A stretch of 64,000 bases of DNA from Candidatus Cloacimonadales bacterium. GTDB lineage: Bacteria; Cloacimonadota; Cloacimonadia; Cloacimonadales; JAIOQZ01. Of the stretch, positions 47,941-57,174 are shown in pieces (position 1 is the stretch's first letter; each line of letters begins with the position of its first letter). Location of the stretch: NCBI GenBank assembly GCA_963662655.2, contig CAXXTU010000002.1:1344001-1408000 (forward strand). Reading direction: 5' to 3'. Made by a program: the position numbers and the translations under genes. The notes beneath the pieces were generated by a model. The model had not been told where the DNA came from, did no database searches, and saw nothing but the letters and a program-made list of their open reading frames with translations.

Positions 47941-49006
47941 GCTTTTTTTCCTGGCGTTGCTGGTTCTCGCTACAGCCCTGAACGCCACATTCGACATCGA
48001 TCCGGACGAATACCGGATGAAGGTTGGCGATTCTTTTCTGGTTCACATCATGAGCTCGGACAGTATGCGTGTTTTCATTCCCGTGCTGCCTGAGGGAATC
48101 GTAAAGGTTCCACCGCTCACCGATGCGATCAAGGTCACGGGCATGACCCTCAACGAAGCGAAAGCCGCCATGGAAGAGCAGCTCAACAAAAGCGTTCGCC
48201 AGGGCTACGTATCGATCATGCTCTACTCGATCGCCCCGCCTAACTACCACGTTACTGGCGCGGTAGCCTTCCCCGGCGAGTACACGCCCGAAACCACCGT
48301 CAACCTTTACAACGCACTGAAGCTTTGCGGCGGACTCCTTCCCTACTCCAGCCGAAAGGTCGAAATCACGCGCAACGGCAAGAAGACCGTCTACGACTTG
48401 CGCAAATACCTTTCGGACGGCGATATCACGCAGAATCCGCTCATTCAGGAAGACGACATCATCCATGTCCCGTTCGCGAACGACTACGCCAAAGTGTTCG
48501 TCAGCAACGACACCACGTACTACGTCGAGTACTACGAACTGGATAAAGAGATGTCGACCAGCGAATTGCTCCAGAACCTGAGCCAGAAGAACCATTGGTC
48601 GGAACTCGATCACATTACAGCCTTCAGAAACGGCGAGATGATCAAAACCAACATGGATTTTCTGGTCGAGCCCAACGATAGCATATTCGTATCTGTCGAA
48701 GCCGCTTTTGTCTACGTCACGGGAAACGTTCCAAAGCCGGGCAAATACCCGTACGTATCGGGTGGAGCGGTTATGCAGTACGTCAGCAAGGCTGGCGGAT
48801 TGCTGAACACGGGCAGTTTGTCCAAGATAAGGGTTTACAGACCGGACGGCAGGGAACTCGATCTCGATACGGAGGCCATTCGCCCGGGAGATACGGTTCA
48901 TGTGCCGCAGAATCTCCTTAGTATGATGCAAAGTTACCTTACCACGCTCAGCATCATAGCCGGTATCGTTTCATCGGCGATCCTGATTAACGCGAACATA
49001 AAATGA
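47930..49006 (+). CDS. Polysaccharide export protein with SLBB domains (Wza/KpsD-like)
   Basis: Y....GD, VTGAV..PG.Y, VYVTGNV.KPG.Y, KAGG, RPGDTVHVP. Confidence 0.85.
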   Translation: MRNKLFFLALLVLATALNATFDIDPDEYRMKVGDSFLVHIMSSDSMRVFIPVLPEGIVKVPPLTDAIKVTGMTLNEAKAAMEEQLNKSVRQGYVSIMLYSIAPPNYHVTGAVAFPGEYTPETTVNLYNALKLCGGLLPYSSRKVEITRNGKKTVYDLRKYLSDGDITQNPLIQEDDIIHVPFANDYAKVFVSNDTTYYVEYYELDKEMSTSELLQNLSQKNHWSELDHITAFRNGEMIKTNMDFLVEPNDSIFVSVEAAFVYVTGNVPKPGKYPYVSGGAVMQYVSKAGGLLNTGSLSKIRVYRPDGRELDLDTEAIRPGDTVHVPQNLLSMMQSYLTTLSIIAGIVSSAILINANIK

Positions 49007-49019
49007 GGAGTTTAATAAA

Positions 49020-50126
49020 ATGAAAGTCCCTCTTCTTGATCTCCACGCTCAGTACGCACCGATTCTCGACGAAATCAAAGACAAGCTTGAAGAAATCTAC
49101 AAGATACATTATTACATCATGGGTCCTCAGATCCGCGAGCTCGAAACGCGAATGGAGGAATTCAACCAGGTGAAGCACGCCGTCGGATGCGCCTCTGGAT
49201 CCGATGCGCTCGTTTTAGCGCTGATGGCGCTTGACATCGGCCCTGGAGACGAAGTTATCACCACGCCTTTCACCTTCTTCGCGACCGCGGGTTCCGTACA
49301 CCGCGTAGGCGCGAAACCGGTCTTCGTGGATATCCTGCCGGATACATTCAATATCGATCCCGCACGCATCGAAGCGGCGATCACGCCGAACACCAAGGCG
49401 ATCATGCCGGTTCACCTCTTCGGTCAGTGCTGCGAGATGGATCGCATCATGGAAATCGCGAAGAAACATAACCTGTACGTGATTGAAGACAACGCACAGG
49501 GCATCGGCGCAAAATACAAGGGCCAGATCGCCGGCACGATCGGCGACATCGGAACGCTCTCCTTCTTCCCGAGCAAGAACCTCGGTGCGATGGGCGACGC
49601 CGGAATGTGCCTCACCCAGAACGACGAACTCGGCGCAAAGCTTCGCCAGATGCGCGTTCATGGAGAGAATCCCAGATATTATCACAAGTGGGTCGGACTC
49701 AACAGCCGCATGGACACCATGCAGGCGGCGGTCCTTACCGTGAAGCTGAAATCTCTGGACAAATGGTCGCAGCAACGCCGCGACAACGCCGCCTATTACG
49801 ATGAGAAGCTCAAGGCGGTTCCTCAGGTGAAGACGCCGGTCATCCGCAAGGACGCCGAGACAATTTACAATCAGTACACACTCGTTGCCGAAAATCGCGA
49901 CGCCCTCCTGAAGCGCCTCCAAGAGTACAACATCGGTTGCGCGATCTATTATCCGCTGCCGCTGCACCTTCAGGAATGTTTCGAATACCTGGGCTACAAG
50001 AAAGGCGACTTCCCCATCTCGGAAGAAATAGCGGAAAAAGTTATCTCGATCCCGATTTTCTCGGAGCTGACCCGCGAAGCGCAAGACTACGTGGTTAAGA
50101 CCATCGAGGAATTTTATAACGTTTAA
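49020..50126 (+). CDS. DegT/DnrJ/EryC1/StrS PLP-dependent aminotransferase
   Basis: ASGSDAL, TPFTFFAT, EDNAQ, SFFPSKNLG, NSRMD. Confidence 0.95.
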   Translation: MKVPLLDLHAQYAPILDEIKDKLEEIYKIHYYIMGPQIRELETRMEEFNQVKHAVGCASGSDALVLALMALDIGPGDEVITTPFTFFATAGSVHRVGAKPVFVDILPDTFNIDPARIEAAITPNTKAIMPVHLFGQCCEMDRIMEIAKKHNLYVIEDNAQGIGAKYKGQIAGTIGDIGTLSFFPSKNLGAMGDAGMCLTQNDELGAKLRQMRVHGENPRYYHKWVGLNSRMDTMQAAVLTVKLKSLDKWSQQRRDNAAYYDEKLKAVPQVKTPVIRKDAETIYNQYTLVAENRDALLKRLQEYNIGCAIYYPLPLHLQECFEYLGYKKGDFPISEEIAEKVISIPIFSELTREAQDYVVKTIEEFYNV

Positions 50127-50135
50127 GAGGTATTT

Positions 50136-50918
50136 ATGAATATTATCGTATCAATCAAACAGGTCCCGGATACTACCGATATCCGCATCGATCCTGTAAC
50201 CAACACGCTCATTCGCGAGGGTGTTGAAAGTATCATCAATCCTTTCGACCTCTATGCGATTGAAGAGGCTGTCCGCCTCAAGGAAGAATACGGCGGTAAG
50301 GTAACCGCGATCAGCATGGGGCCTCCCCAGGTTGAAAGCGCTCTCCGCGACGCCGTAGCGCTCGGCGTAGACGAGATCATTCTCATCACCGACCGCGCCT
50401 TTGCAGGTGCGGACACGTGGGCCACGAGCCTCACGCTCGCCGCGGCGATCAGAAAGCTCGGTGAATTCGATCTGGTGATGATGGGGCAACAGGCCATCGA
50501 CGGCGATACCGCACAGGTCGGGCCCGGCGTTGCAACGCATCTGGACCTGCCGCAGACCTGCTTCGTGCGCAAGATCGAGAAGGTCGAGAAAGACAGCATG
50601 ACTTGCCAGCGACTCATGGAAGACGGGTACGACATCGTCAAGATGCCTCTTCCGGCGATCGTCACGGTGGTGAAAGAGATCAACGAACCGCGCCTGCCTT
50701 CCCTTCGCGGAAAGCGCAACGCTCGCAACGCCCAACTGATTTCCTGGAAGCTGGATGATCTGGGACTCGACGCGAACGATGTCGGTTTGAACGGTTCTCC
50801 CACGCAGGTTGTGCGCATCTTCTCCCCATCGCACGAGAAGAACGGCGAGAAGTACGATGTCGAACCCGAGGAAGCCGCCGAGATTCTCTTCAAGCGATTG
50901 AAGGAACTACAACATTAA
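50136..50918 (+). CDS. etfB: Electron transfer flavoprotein beta subunit
   Basis: IKQVPDT, INPFDLYAIEEA, FAGADTWATS, QAIDGDTAQVG, NEPRLP, SPT. Confidence 0.95.
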   Translation: MNIIVSIKQVPDTTDIRIDPVTNTLIREGVESIINPFDLYAIEEAVRLKEEYGGKVTAISMGPPQVESALRDAVALGVDEIILITDRAFAGADTWATSLTLAAAIRKLGEFDLVMMGQQAIDGDTAQVGPGVATHLDLPQTCFVRKIEKVEKDSMTCQRLMEDGYDIVKMPLPAIVTVVKEINEPRLPSLRGKRNARNAQLISWKLDDLGLDANDVGLNGSPTQVVRIFSPSHEKNGEKYDVEPEEAAEILFKRLKELQH

Positions 50919-50981
50919 TCGATTAGATGAAGAGGGCTGCCTTGTGCGTCCTCTTTTCTTTTTAAGGCAGGATTGTTTGCA

Positions 50982-51959
50982 ATGTATGTTCACGATATGA
51001 ATCCCGTAGCGCTACGCTTGGGGCCGCTGAGTATCCACTGGTACGCGATCATGTACATCGCGGCCATTGGCATCGGCTATTTCTTCGTGCGGTTGAACTT
51101 CAGGCTCCGCGGCGTGGAGATGGACAAAGAGCGCTACGAATCCCTCATCTTCAATATCATGATCGGCGTGCTCGTCGGTGGCAGGCTGGGGTATGTCCTC
51201 TTCTACAATCTGCCGTATTATCTGCATCACCCGTTGGAGATCGTCTTACCATTCGACATCGCAAACGGCTGGCAATTCACCGGCATTCGTGGGATGTCGT
51301 TCCATGGCGGCGCGCTGGGCGTTATCATCTTCGGCTGGTTCTTCTGCCGGAAACACGGCTATCGCTTCTACCAGATCGCCGACCCCGTCATGCCAATAGT
51401 CGCAATCGGGCTGGGGCTCGGACGTTTGGGGAATTTCATCAACGGCGAGCTGTACGGGCGCATAACCGCCTCGAAGCTGGGCGTCCTCTTTCCAGATGCC
51501 GAACGCCTTCCGCTGAGCAATCCATCCGTGCAGAACGTGATCCGCAAACTCGGCTGGAAGATCAACGAGGCCACCATGATGATCACCAGCGGCGATGGAA
51601 AACACCTGAGGGGAATGCTTGGCAGAACCCTCGACGACAACAATATGCTCCAACTCGCGGTGAACCTGCCGCGGCACACATCGCCACTGTACGAAGCGAT
51701 TCTGGAGGGACTTCTTCTCAGCGTGATCCTCTTTCTCCTGCTGATGAAAGCCCGCAGGGAGGGAATCGTATTCTGGAGCTTCATCGGGCTGTACGGGATT
51801 TTCCGCTTCGCGGTCGAGTACGTTCGTCAACCGGATGCGCACCTTGGCTTCTTGTGGTTTCATCTAACCATGGGACAACTTCTCAGCTCCGTGATGATCA
51901 TCACATCCATCATCGCACTAACGATACTATGCTTGAGAAAATCGTCACACTCATCCTGA
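50982..51959 (+). CDS. lgt: Prolipoprotein diacylglyceryl transferase (with an insertion before the RHxS motif)
   Basis: IHWYAIMY, GGRLGYVLFY, GMSFHGG, GRLGNFINGEL.GR, RFAVEYVR.PD. Confidence 0.95.
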   Translation: MYVHDMNPVALRLGPLSIHWYAIMYIAAIGIGYFFVRLNFRLRGVEMDKERYESLIFNIMIGVLVGGRLGYVLFYNLPYYLHHPLEIVLPFDIANGWQFTGIRGMSFHGGALGVIIFGWFFCRKHGYRFYQIADPVMPIVAIGLGLGRLGNFINGELYGRITASKLGVLFPDAERLPLSNPSVQNVIRKLGWKINEATMMITSGDGKHLRGMLGRTLDDNNMLQLAVNLPRHTSPLYEAILEGLLLSVILFLLLMKARREGIVFWSFIGLYGIFRFAVEYVRQPDAHLGFLWFHLTMGQLLSSVMIITSIIALTILCLRKSSHSS

Positions 51960-52576
51960 TCGCCGGTGTTCTCGCCGGATGCGCGACATCGCAACGACCG
52001 ATCGCTACGGAGGATTGCCTCATCGAGCGTGCCGATCAGTGGGACATGTATCGCATCGACGGCGTCATCGAGCTCAATCACGACCAGCTCTCCTTCCGCA
52101 AGAATATCGTTATCCGCAAAACGCCGGAGCGCTTTCGCATCGACATCTTCGATACCGGCCTCTTCGGCGCAAAGCCTACCCCCTTTCTCACCGTCTATCG
52201 CGAGGACGAGATTCTCATTCGCGACACCGAAGGCACTCGCACCGCCGATCCGCTTACCGACTCGCTCTACATACAGTGGGCCGGGCAGCTCTCAACACTC
52301 GCGGATGTAATCCGCCAGAACTATCATGAGATTCTGCACAACTGGAAGCTGGAAGAATACGGGCTCGTTTACGATTTCTCTTACAACTACCAGCTCGAAT
52401 CGATAACCAGCACCGATGGCAACCGAATGCTGGAATTCGAGTACGCTGACGACGACCGCCTGAGCCGCATTCGCTATCGCGAAAACGGTATGATTGTCAT
52501 CGATATTATCATTGACAAAATGAGCTTCGATCCGTTACGGGTTAATGAGCTAAACAATACGAATCAGAGGAAATAG
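51929..52576 (+). CDS. Lipoprotein, LolB/DUF4292-like
   Basis: Lipobox LAGC; FRIDIF..GLFG. Confidence 0.55.
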   Translation: MLEKIVTLILIAGVLAGCATSQRPIATEDCLIERADQWDMYRIDGVIELNHDQLSFRKNIVIRKTPERFRIDIFDTGLFGAKPTPFLTVYREDEILIRDTEGTRTADPLTDSLYIQWAGQLSTLADVIRQNYHEILHNWKLEEYGLVYDFSYNYQLESITSTDGNRMLEFEYADDDRLSRIRYRENGMIVIDIIIDKMSFDPLRVNELNNTNQRK

Positions 52577-53869
52577 ATGATTGAACGTTATACTCGTCCC
52601 GAGATGGGACGTATCTGGACAATAGAAAACCGGTACCGCACCTGGCTGGATGTCGAACTCGCAGTTTGCCAGGCCATGAACAAGGTCGGGATGATCCCCG
52701 ACGACGACTGGAAAACCATTCAGGAAAAAGCCGATTTCGACCCTGAACGCATTCTCGAGATCGAAGCCACCACCAAGCACGATGTGATCGCCTTCCTCAC
52801 CAATGTCAACGAGTACGTGGGAGAGGCCGGCAGGTGGATTCATCTGGGCATGACATCCTCCGACGTGCTGGACACAGCGAGCGCGCTGCAACTCAAGCAG
52901 GCCGGCGAGCTGATCCTCAGCGACCTCTACAAGCTTTCGGAAGTGCTGAAAATGAAGGCTCGCGAGTACCGCGAAACACTCTGCGTGGGACGCTCGCACG
53001 GCATCCACGCCGAGCCGATCGTTTTCGGCCTCAAGTTCGCGCTGTGGTTCGATGAGACCAACCGCAACATCCGCCGTATGGAGCAGGCAATCAAGACCGT
53101 ATCCGTGGGCCAGATTTCCGGCGCTGTCGGCAACTACGCCTACATCGATCCCGAGATCGAGGAACTCGCATGCGAAATCATGGAGCTGGAGCCAGTCAAC
53201 ATCTCCACGCAGGTTATCCAGCGTGACCGCCATGCCGAATTCCTGAGCACCCTGGCCATCATTGCCGCAACCATCGAGAAAATCGCTCTCGAGATACGCC
53301 ACCTCCAGCGCACGGAAGTGCTGGAAGCGGAAGAGAACTTTACCCGCGGCCAGAAAGGCTCGTCCGCCATGCCGCATAAACGCAATCCCATCGTGAGCGA
53401 GCAACTCTGCGGTCTCTCCCGCCTCATTCGCACCAACGCGCTCGCCGCCATGGAGAACGTCGCGCTCTGGCACGAAAGGGACATCAGTCATTCCTCCGTG
53501 GAACGGGTGATCTTCCCCGATTCGACCATCCTGATCGACTACATGCTGAACAAGACGATAAACCTGGTGGACAACCTCGTCGTTTATCCCGACAACATGA
53601 TGCGAAACCTGGAACTCACCGGAGGTCTGGTCTTTTCGCAACCACTGCTCCTGACGGTGACCAAGCGTTGCGGCTCCCGCGAAAAAGCCTACGCGATGGT
53701 TCAGAAAAGCGCGATGAAATGCTGGGACACCAAGGTTCCGCTTCGGCAGCTCGTCGAAAGCGATCCGGAGATCATGGAGTTCCTCACGGAGGATGACCTC
53801 GACGAGGCTTTCTCCTACGATCGCTACACTCGCAACGTGAAAACCATCTACGCGAGGGTGGGGCTGTGA
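52577..53869 (+). CDS. purB: Adenylosuccinate lyase
   Basis: MIERY, TKHDV, HLGMTSSD, GRSHGIHAE, GSSAMPHKRNP. Confidence 0.97.
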   Translation: MIERYTRPEMGRIWTIENRYRTWLDVELAVCQAMNKVGMIPDDDWKTIQEKADFDPERILEIEATTKHDVIAFLTNVNEYVGEAGRWIHLGMTSSDVLDTASALQLKQAGELILSDLYKLSEVLKMKAREYRETLCVGRSHGIHAEPIVFGLKFALWFDETNRNIRRMEQAIKTVSVGQISGAVGNYAYIDPEIEELACEIMELEPVNISTQVIQRDRHAEFLSTLAIIAATIEKIALEIRHLQRTEVLEAEENFTRGQKGSSAMPHKRNPIVSEQLCGLSRLIRTNALAAMENVALWHERDISHSSVERVIFPDSTILIDYMLNKTINLVDNLVVYPDNMMRNLELTGGLVFSQPLLLTVTKRCGSREKAYAMVQKSAMKCWDTKVPLRQLVESDPEIMEFLTEDDLDEAFSYDRYTRNVKTIYARVGL

Positions 53870-54444
53870 ACTACCGCCTGGAGGATTTCACCCCCACATC
53901 CATGCTCATGAAAGTGCAGGGGATCAAGTACAAGGCAGCGATATTCCCCGTTGCCCTCGTGCTGCTCGGATTTTTGGTCTACTCGTATTTCCAGAACGAT
54001 TACGTGAAATTCACCTCCATGCTGGGCTTGTTCATCTATCTCGGCATCATTTACATCCATCGCGTGTATCGACCCATGCCACCGCAGGAACATGGCATCT
54101 GCCTCTCCCCGGTTCATGGAACCGTCACGCTGATCGAAGCGAATAAAATCACCATCGAGAAGAAATTCTTCAACTACATCGACCTGCGAATTCCGGTGGA
54201 AGGTATGGAATTGCTTGCCGAGAATCCCATGATCTTCGCCTTCGAGGGGCAGGGGATCACTTGCGAGATTACGGGGAATCGCCTGAAAAACTTCCACGAT
54301 GAAACAAAATCCCAGGGGAGAATAGCTGGCGTCGCCGTTGGAAAATGCACGGCGACCATCACCCTGCCAGAGGGCTGGAAGGTCGAAGCGGAACCCGGCG
54401 AGAAAGTAATTGCTGGCGAATCCGTTATCGGGGGCAGGATTTGA
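53866..54444 (+). CDS. Phosphatidylserine decarboxylase-like protein lacking the GS cleavage motif
   Basis: TM N-terminus, SPVHG (cf. SPADG), C-terminal LP...GEKVIAGESVIG; upstream of pssA. Confidence 0.6.
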   Translation: MNYRLEDFTPTSMLMKVQGIKYKAAIFPVALVLLGFLVYSYFQNDYVKFTSMLGLFIYLGIIYIHRVYRPMPPQEHGICLSPVHGTVTLIEANKITIEKKFFNYIDLRIPVEGMELLAENPMIFAFEGQGITCEITGNRLKNFHDETKSQGRIAGVAVGKCTATITLPEGWKVEAEPGEKVIAGESVIGGRI

Positions 54445-55142
54445 GACTCAAGAATCTGATTCCCAATATTATCACGACATGCAGTCTGGTCTTGTCGCTC
54501 AGCGCACTGCACCTGATCACGCAAGGTCATTTCACCACGGCCTCGTGGCTCATCTTGCTGGCGATCCTGTGCGACGGCATCGACGGCAAACTCGCTCGCG
54601 CCCTCAACGCAACAAGCAGCTTCGGCGCGGAGTACGACAGTCTGGTGGATTTCGTATCCTTCGGCGTCGTTCCGGGCTACCTGTTTTACCGGATCGGACT
54701 TGACAAGCTCGGGATCGTCGGAGCGATCGCGTGTTTCTTCTACGTTATATGCGGAGCGTATCGACTCGTTCGCTACAATCTGAAGAACCCGGGCGACGGC
54801 AAGAAAGGTCACTTCGAGGGGCTTCCCATTCCAGCGGCGGCTGGATTCATCTCGTCCATGACGCTGTTCGAGGAGCGCTTCAGCGCATTCCACTTCCCCG
54901 AGGGATACCTGGTGGTCATCCTTCCGGCGATCGCCCTGCTGATGATCAGCCATATCGAATTCATCAATATCGGTTCGCCCAACGGAACAGCTCCCTATAA
55001 AAGCCCGAAACTATATATCGCCTTCGCACTGGTCGTAACGGGAATATTCTACCCGTACATCATCTACATGACGGTCATGGCGCTGTACATTTTCTATTGC
55101 ATTATACGGTACATCATCATCAACATAATAAAAGGAAGTTAA
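54441..55142 (+). CDS. pssA: CDP-diacylglycerol--serine O-phosphatidyltransferase
   Basis: PNIIT, DGIDGKLAR...SSFGAEYDSLVDFVSFGVVP, FEGLPIP. Confidence 0.9.
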   Translation: MRLKNLIPNIITTCSLVLSLSALHLITQGHFTTASWLILLAILCDGIDGKLARALNATSSFGAEYDSLVDFVSFGVVPGYLFYRIGLDKLGIVGAIACFFYVICGAYRLVRYNLKNPGDGKKGHFEGLPIPAAAGFISSMTLFEERFSAFHFPEGYLVVILPAIALLMISHIEFINIGSPNGTAPYKSPKLYIAFALVVTGIFYPYIIYMTVMALYIFYCIIRYIIINIIKGS

Positions 55143-55143
55143 A

Positions 55144-55395
55144 ATGTATCTGGCAAAGGTATATGTAACATTGAAACCAAGTGTCCTCGATCCGCAGGGT
55201 AAGGTTGTGAAGCAAACCGTCAACAACCTCGGCTACGACAAAATCACCGACGTCCGTGTCAGCAAGTATATCGAGATCAAGCTGGACGTTTCTTCGCAAG
55301 AGGAAGCCGAAGCGGAGATCGAGGCCATTTGCGACAAGATTCTGGCGAATCCGAATACCGAAACCTATCGCTACGAAATCGGGAAGCTCTCATGA
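55144..55395 (+). CDS. purS: FGAM synthase subunit PurS
   Basis: LKPSVLDPQG, ILANP. Confidence 0.95.
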   Translation: MYLAKVYVTLKPSVLDPQGKVVKQTVNNLGYDKITDVRVSKYIEIKLDVSSQEEAEAEIEAICDKILANPNTETYRYEIGKLS

Positions 55396-56081
55396 TCAAG
55401 TACGCCGTAATCCAATTCCCCGGCTCGAACTGCGATCACGACAGCCTCTGGATACCGCGTCTTCGCGGTCAGAGATCGAGCATGATCTGGCACAAGAATC
55501 ACGACCTCGGTTCCCCCGACGTCGTGATTCTTCCCGGCGGTTTTTCCTATGGCGACTACCTGAGAGCCGGCGTCATCGCCAAGTTCTCGCCGATCATTCA
55601 GGAAGTGGCGAAATTCGCGGACAAGGGCGGCATCGTCATCGGTATTTGCAACGGATTCCAGGTTCTCACCGAAACCGGCATGCTCCCGGGCGCACTCATG
55701 ATGAACCAATCGCTGAAGTTCATCTGTAAGCATCAGCACATACGCTGCGAGAAGGCGGGAACGCCTTTCACCAATCAATTGCGGGAGAAGCAAGTGCTGG
55801 ATATTCCCATCGCGCACAAGGAAGGCAACTACTTCATCGATGCCGATGGGCTCAAACGCTTGCAGGACAACAGCCAGATCATCTTCCGCTATTGCGATGC
55901 CGAGGGCAACATCACCCCGGAAGCGAACCCGAACGGCTCGCTGTACAACATTGCCGGTATCAGCAACGAAAAGGGGAACATTCTGGGCATGATGCCCCAC
56001 CCCGAACGCGCTGCCGAGGACGTTGTTACAAGCCATGACGGCACTGGTATCTTCGATTCGATCGAAGCCTGGCTGGGCTGA
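55392..56081 (+). CDS. purQ: FGAM synthase glutaminase subunit PurQ
   Basis: FPGSNCD, PGGFSYGDYLR, GICNGFQ, GMMPHPER. Confidence 0.97.
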   Translation: MIKYAVIQFPGSNCDHDSLWIPRLRGQRSSMIWHKNHDLGSPDVVILPGGFSYGDYLRAGVIAKFSPIIQEVAKFADKGGIVIGICNGFQVLTETGMLPGALMMNQSLKFICKHQHIRCEKAGTPFTNQLREKQVLDIPIAHKEGNYFIDADGLKRLQDNSQIIFRYCDAEGNITPEANPNGSLYNIAGISNEKGNILGMMPHPERAAEDVVTSHDGTGIFDSIEAWLG

Positions 56082-56769
56082 TCTTCTCTCGCTGATCTTC
56101 CCGCGAACCTGTCTGGGTTGCGGTGAGAGGATCGTCAATGGCTGGCTTTGCGACGAATGCTACGAGCATCTTGAGACCGAATCGGGCACGCTTTGCGCCA
56201 AGTGCGGATCGAAGCTGGCCGGGGACGGTACCTGCTCGCACTGCCGGGAGATGCGGTATCGCTTCGACGGAGCAGCGTCCGTGTTTCCGTTCGACAACAC
56301 GATGCGAAACCTGATCCACGCGCTGAAGTACGACGGCCTTTACTCGATCTCGGACTGCCTGATCGAGAAATCGGTGGAGTTCCTGATGCACTACCGTCCC
56401 TTAGAGATGCGCATCGACGTGGTCTCGCCCATTCCGTTGCATCGAGTTCGGAGAAGGCACCGCGGCTACAACCAGGCAGAGCGCTACGCTAAGGCCGTCG
56501 CGAAGGCGATGGGCTGGCAGTATCGCCCGAAGCTACTCGAACGAAGCCGCTACACGATGACGCAGACAAGTCTGAATCGCTCGGAGCGAAAAGAGAATCT
56601 CTCACAGGCGTTTGTCGCTCGCGAGGATGTGACGGGGAAAACGGTGTTACTGGTCGACGATGTGTTTACATCGGGCTCAACCGCGAGTTCCGCAGCCGGC
56701 GTTTTGAAGGACGCTGGCGCGAAAATTGTCAATGTTCTGACAATCGCTCGAGCGTGTTGGGATAATTAA
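56023..56769 (+). CDS. comF: ComF/GntX family protein (zinc finger plus PRTase); start uncertain
   Basis: Four CxxC, LKY, PIPLH..R...RGYNQA, LLVDDVFTSGST. Confidence 0.9.
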   Translation: MLQAMTALVSSIRSKPGWADLLSLIFPRTCLGCGERIVNGWLCDECYEHLETESGTLCAKCGSKLAGDGTCSHCREMRYRFDGAASVFPFDNTMRNLIHALKYDGLYSISDCLIEKSVEFLMHYRPLEMRIDVVSPIPLHRVRRRHRGYNQAERYAKAVAKAMGWQYRPKLLERSRYTMTQTSLNRSERKENLSQAFVAREDVTGKTVLLVDDVFTSGSTASSAAGVLKDAGAKIVNVLTIARACWDN

Positions 56770-56799
56770 TTATTCTGCTTGACATTACAAAGGATTGAA

Positions 56800-57162
56800 A
56801 TGATTGTTGAAATTTCTCAGGAAGAAGCGAACGAGCTTACGGATCGAATCGCCAAGTTCCTTGTTGAAAGGAAGATGGCTGCACCAGCGATCATGGGAAT
56901 CGAATCCCTGAAGCCGTTAAATTTTCTCGGAAGCCAGGTAATGTATTTTGTGGGGCCATTCGCCGAGTTGATCTTCAACGCGGACGAGTACCAGAGATTT
57001 GCCGCGCTCATCGAGAAAGACGAGTACATCGAGATGCTGCTGAAGAAAATCGAGCGGCTGGATCACGAGATGTACTGGGAAGAACGCGAACAAGCTCGTG
57101 TCATGCGTAAACGGCGCATGAACCGGATCAAGAAGTTTTTCAAAAAAATTTTTAGTAAATAG
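56800..57162 (+). CDS. Conserved hypothetical protein upstream of the GlmL-like gene
   Basis: RKMAAPAI..IESLKPLNFLGSQ; coupled to the next gene. Confidence 0.7.
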   Translation: MIVEISQEEANELTDRIAKFLVERKMAAPAIMGIESLKPLNFLGSQVMYFVGPFAELIFNADEYQRFAALIEKDEYIEMLLKKIERLDHEMYWEEREQARVMRKRRMNRIKKFFKKIFSK

Positions 57163-57174
57163 ATGGAGGTTCCT

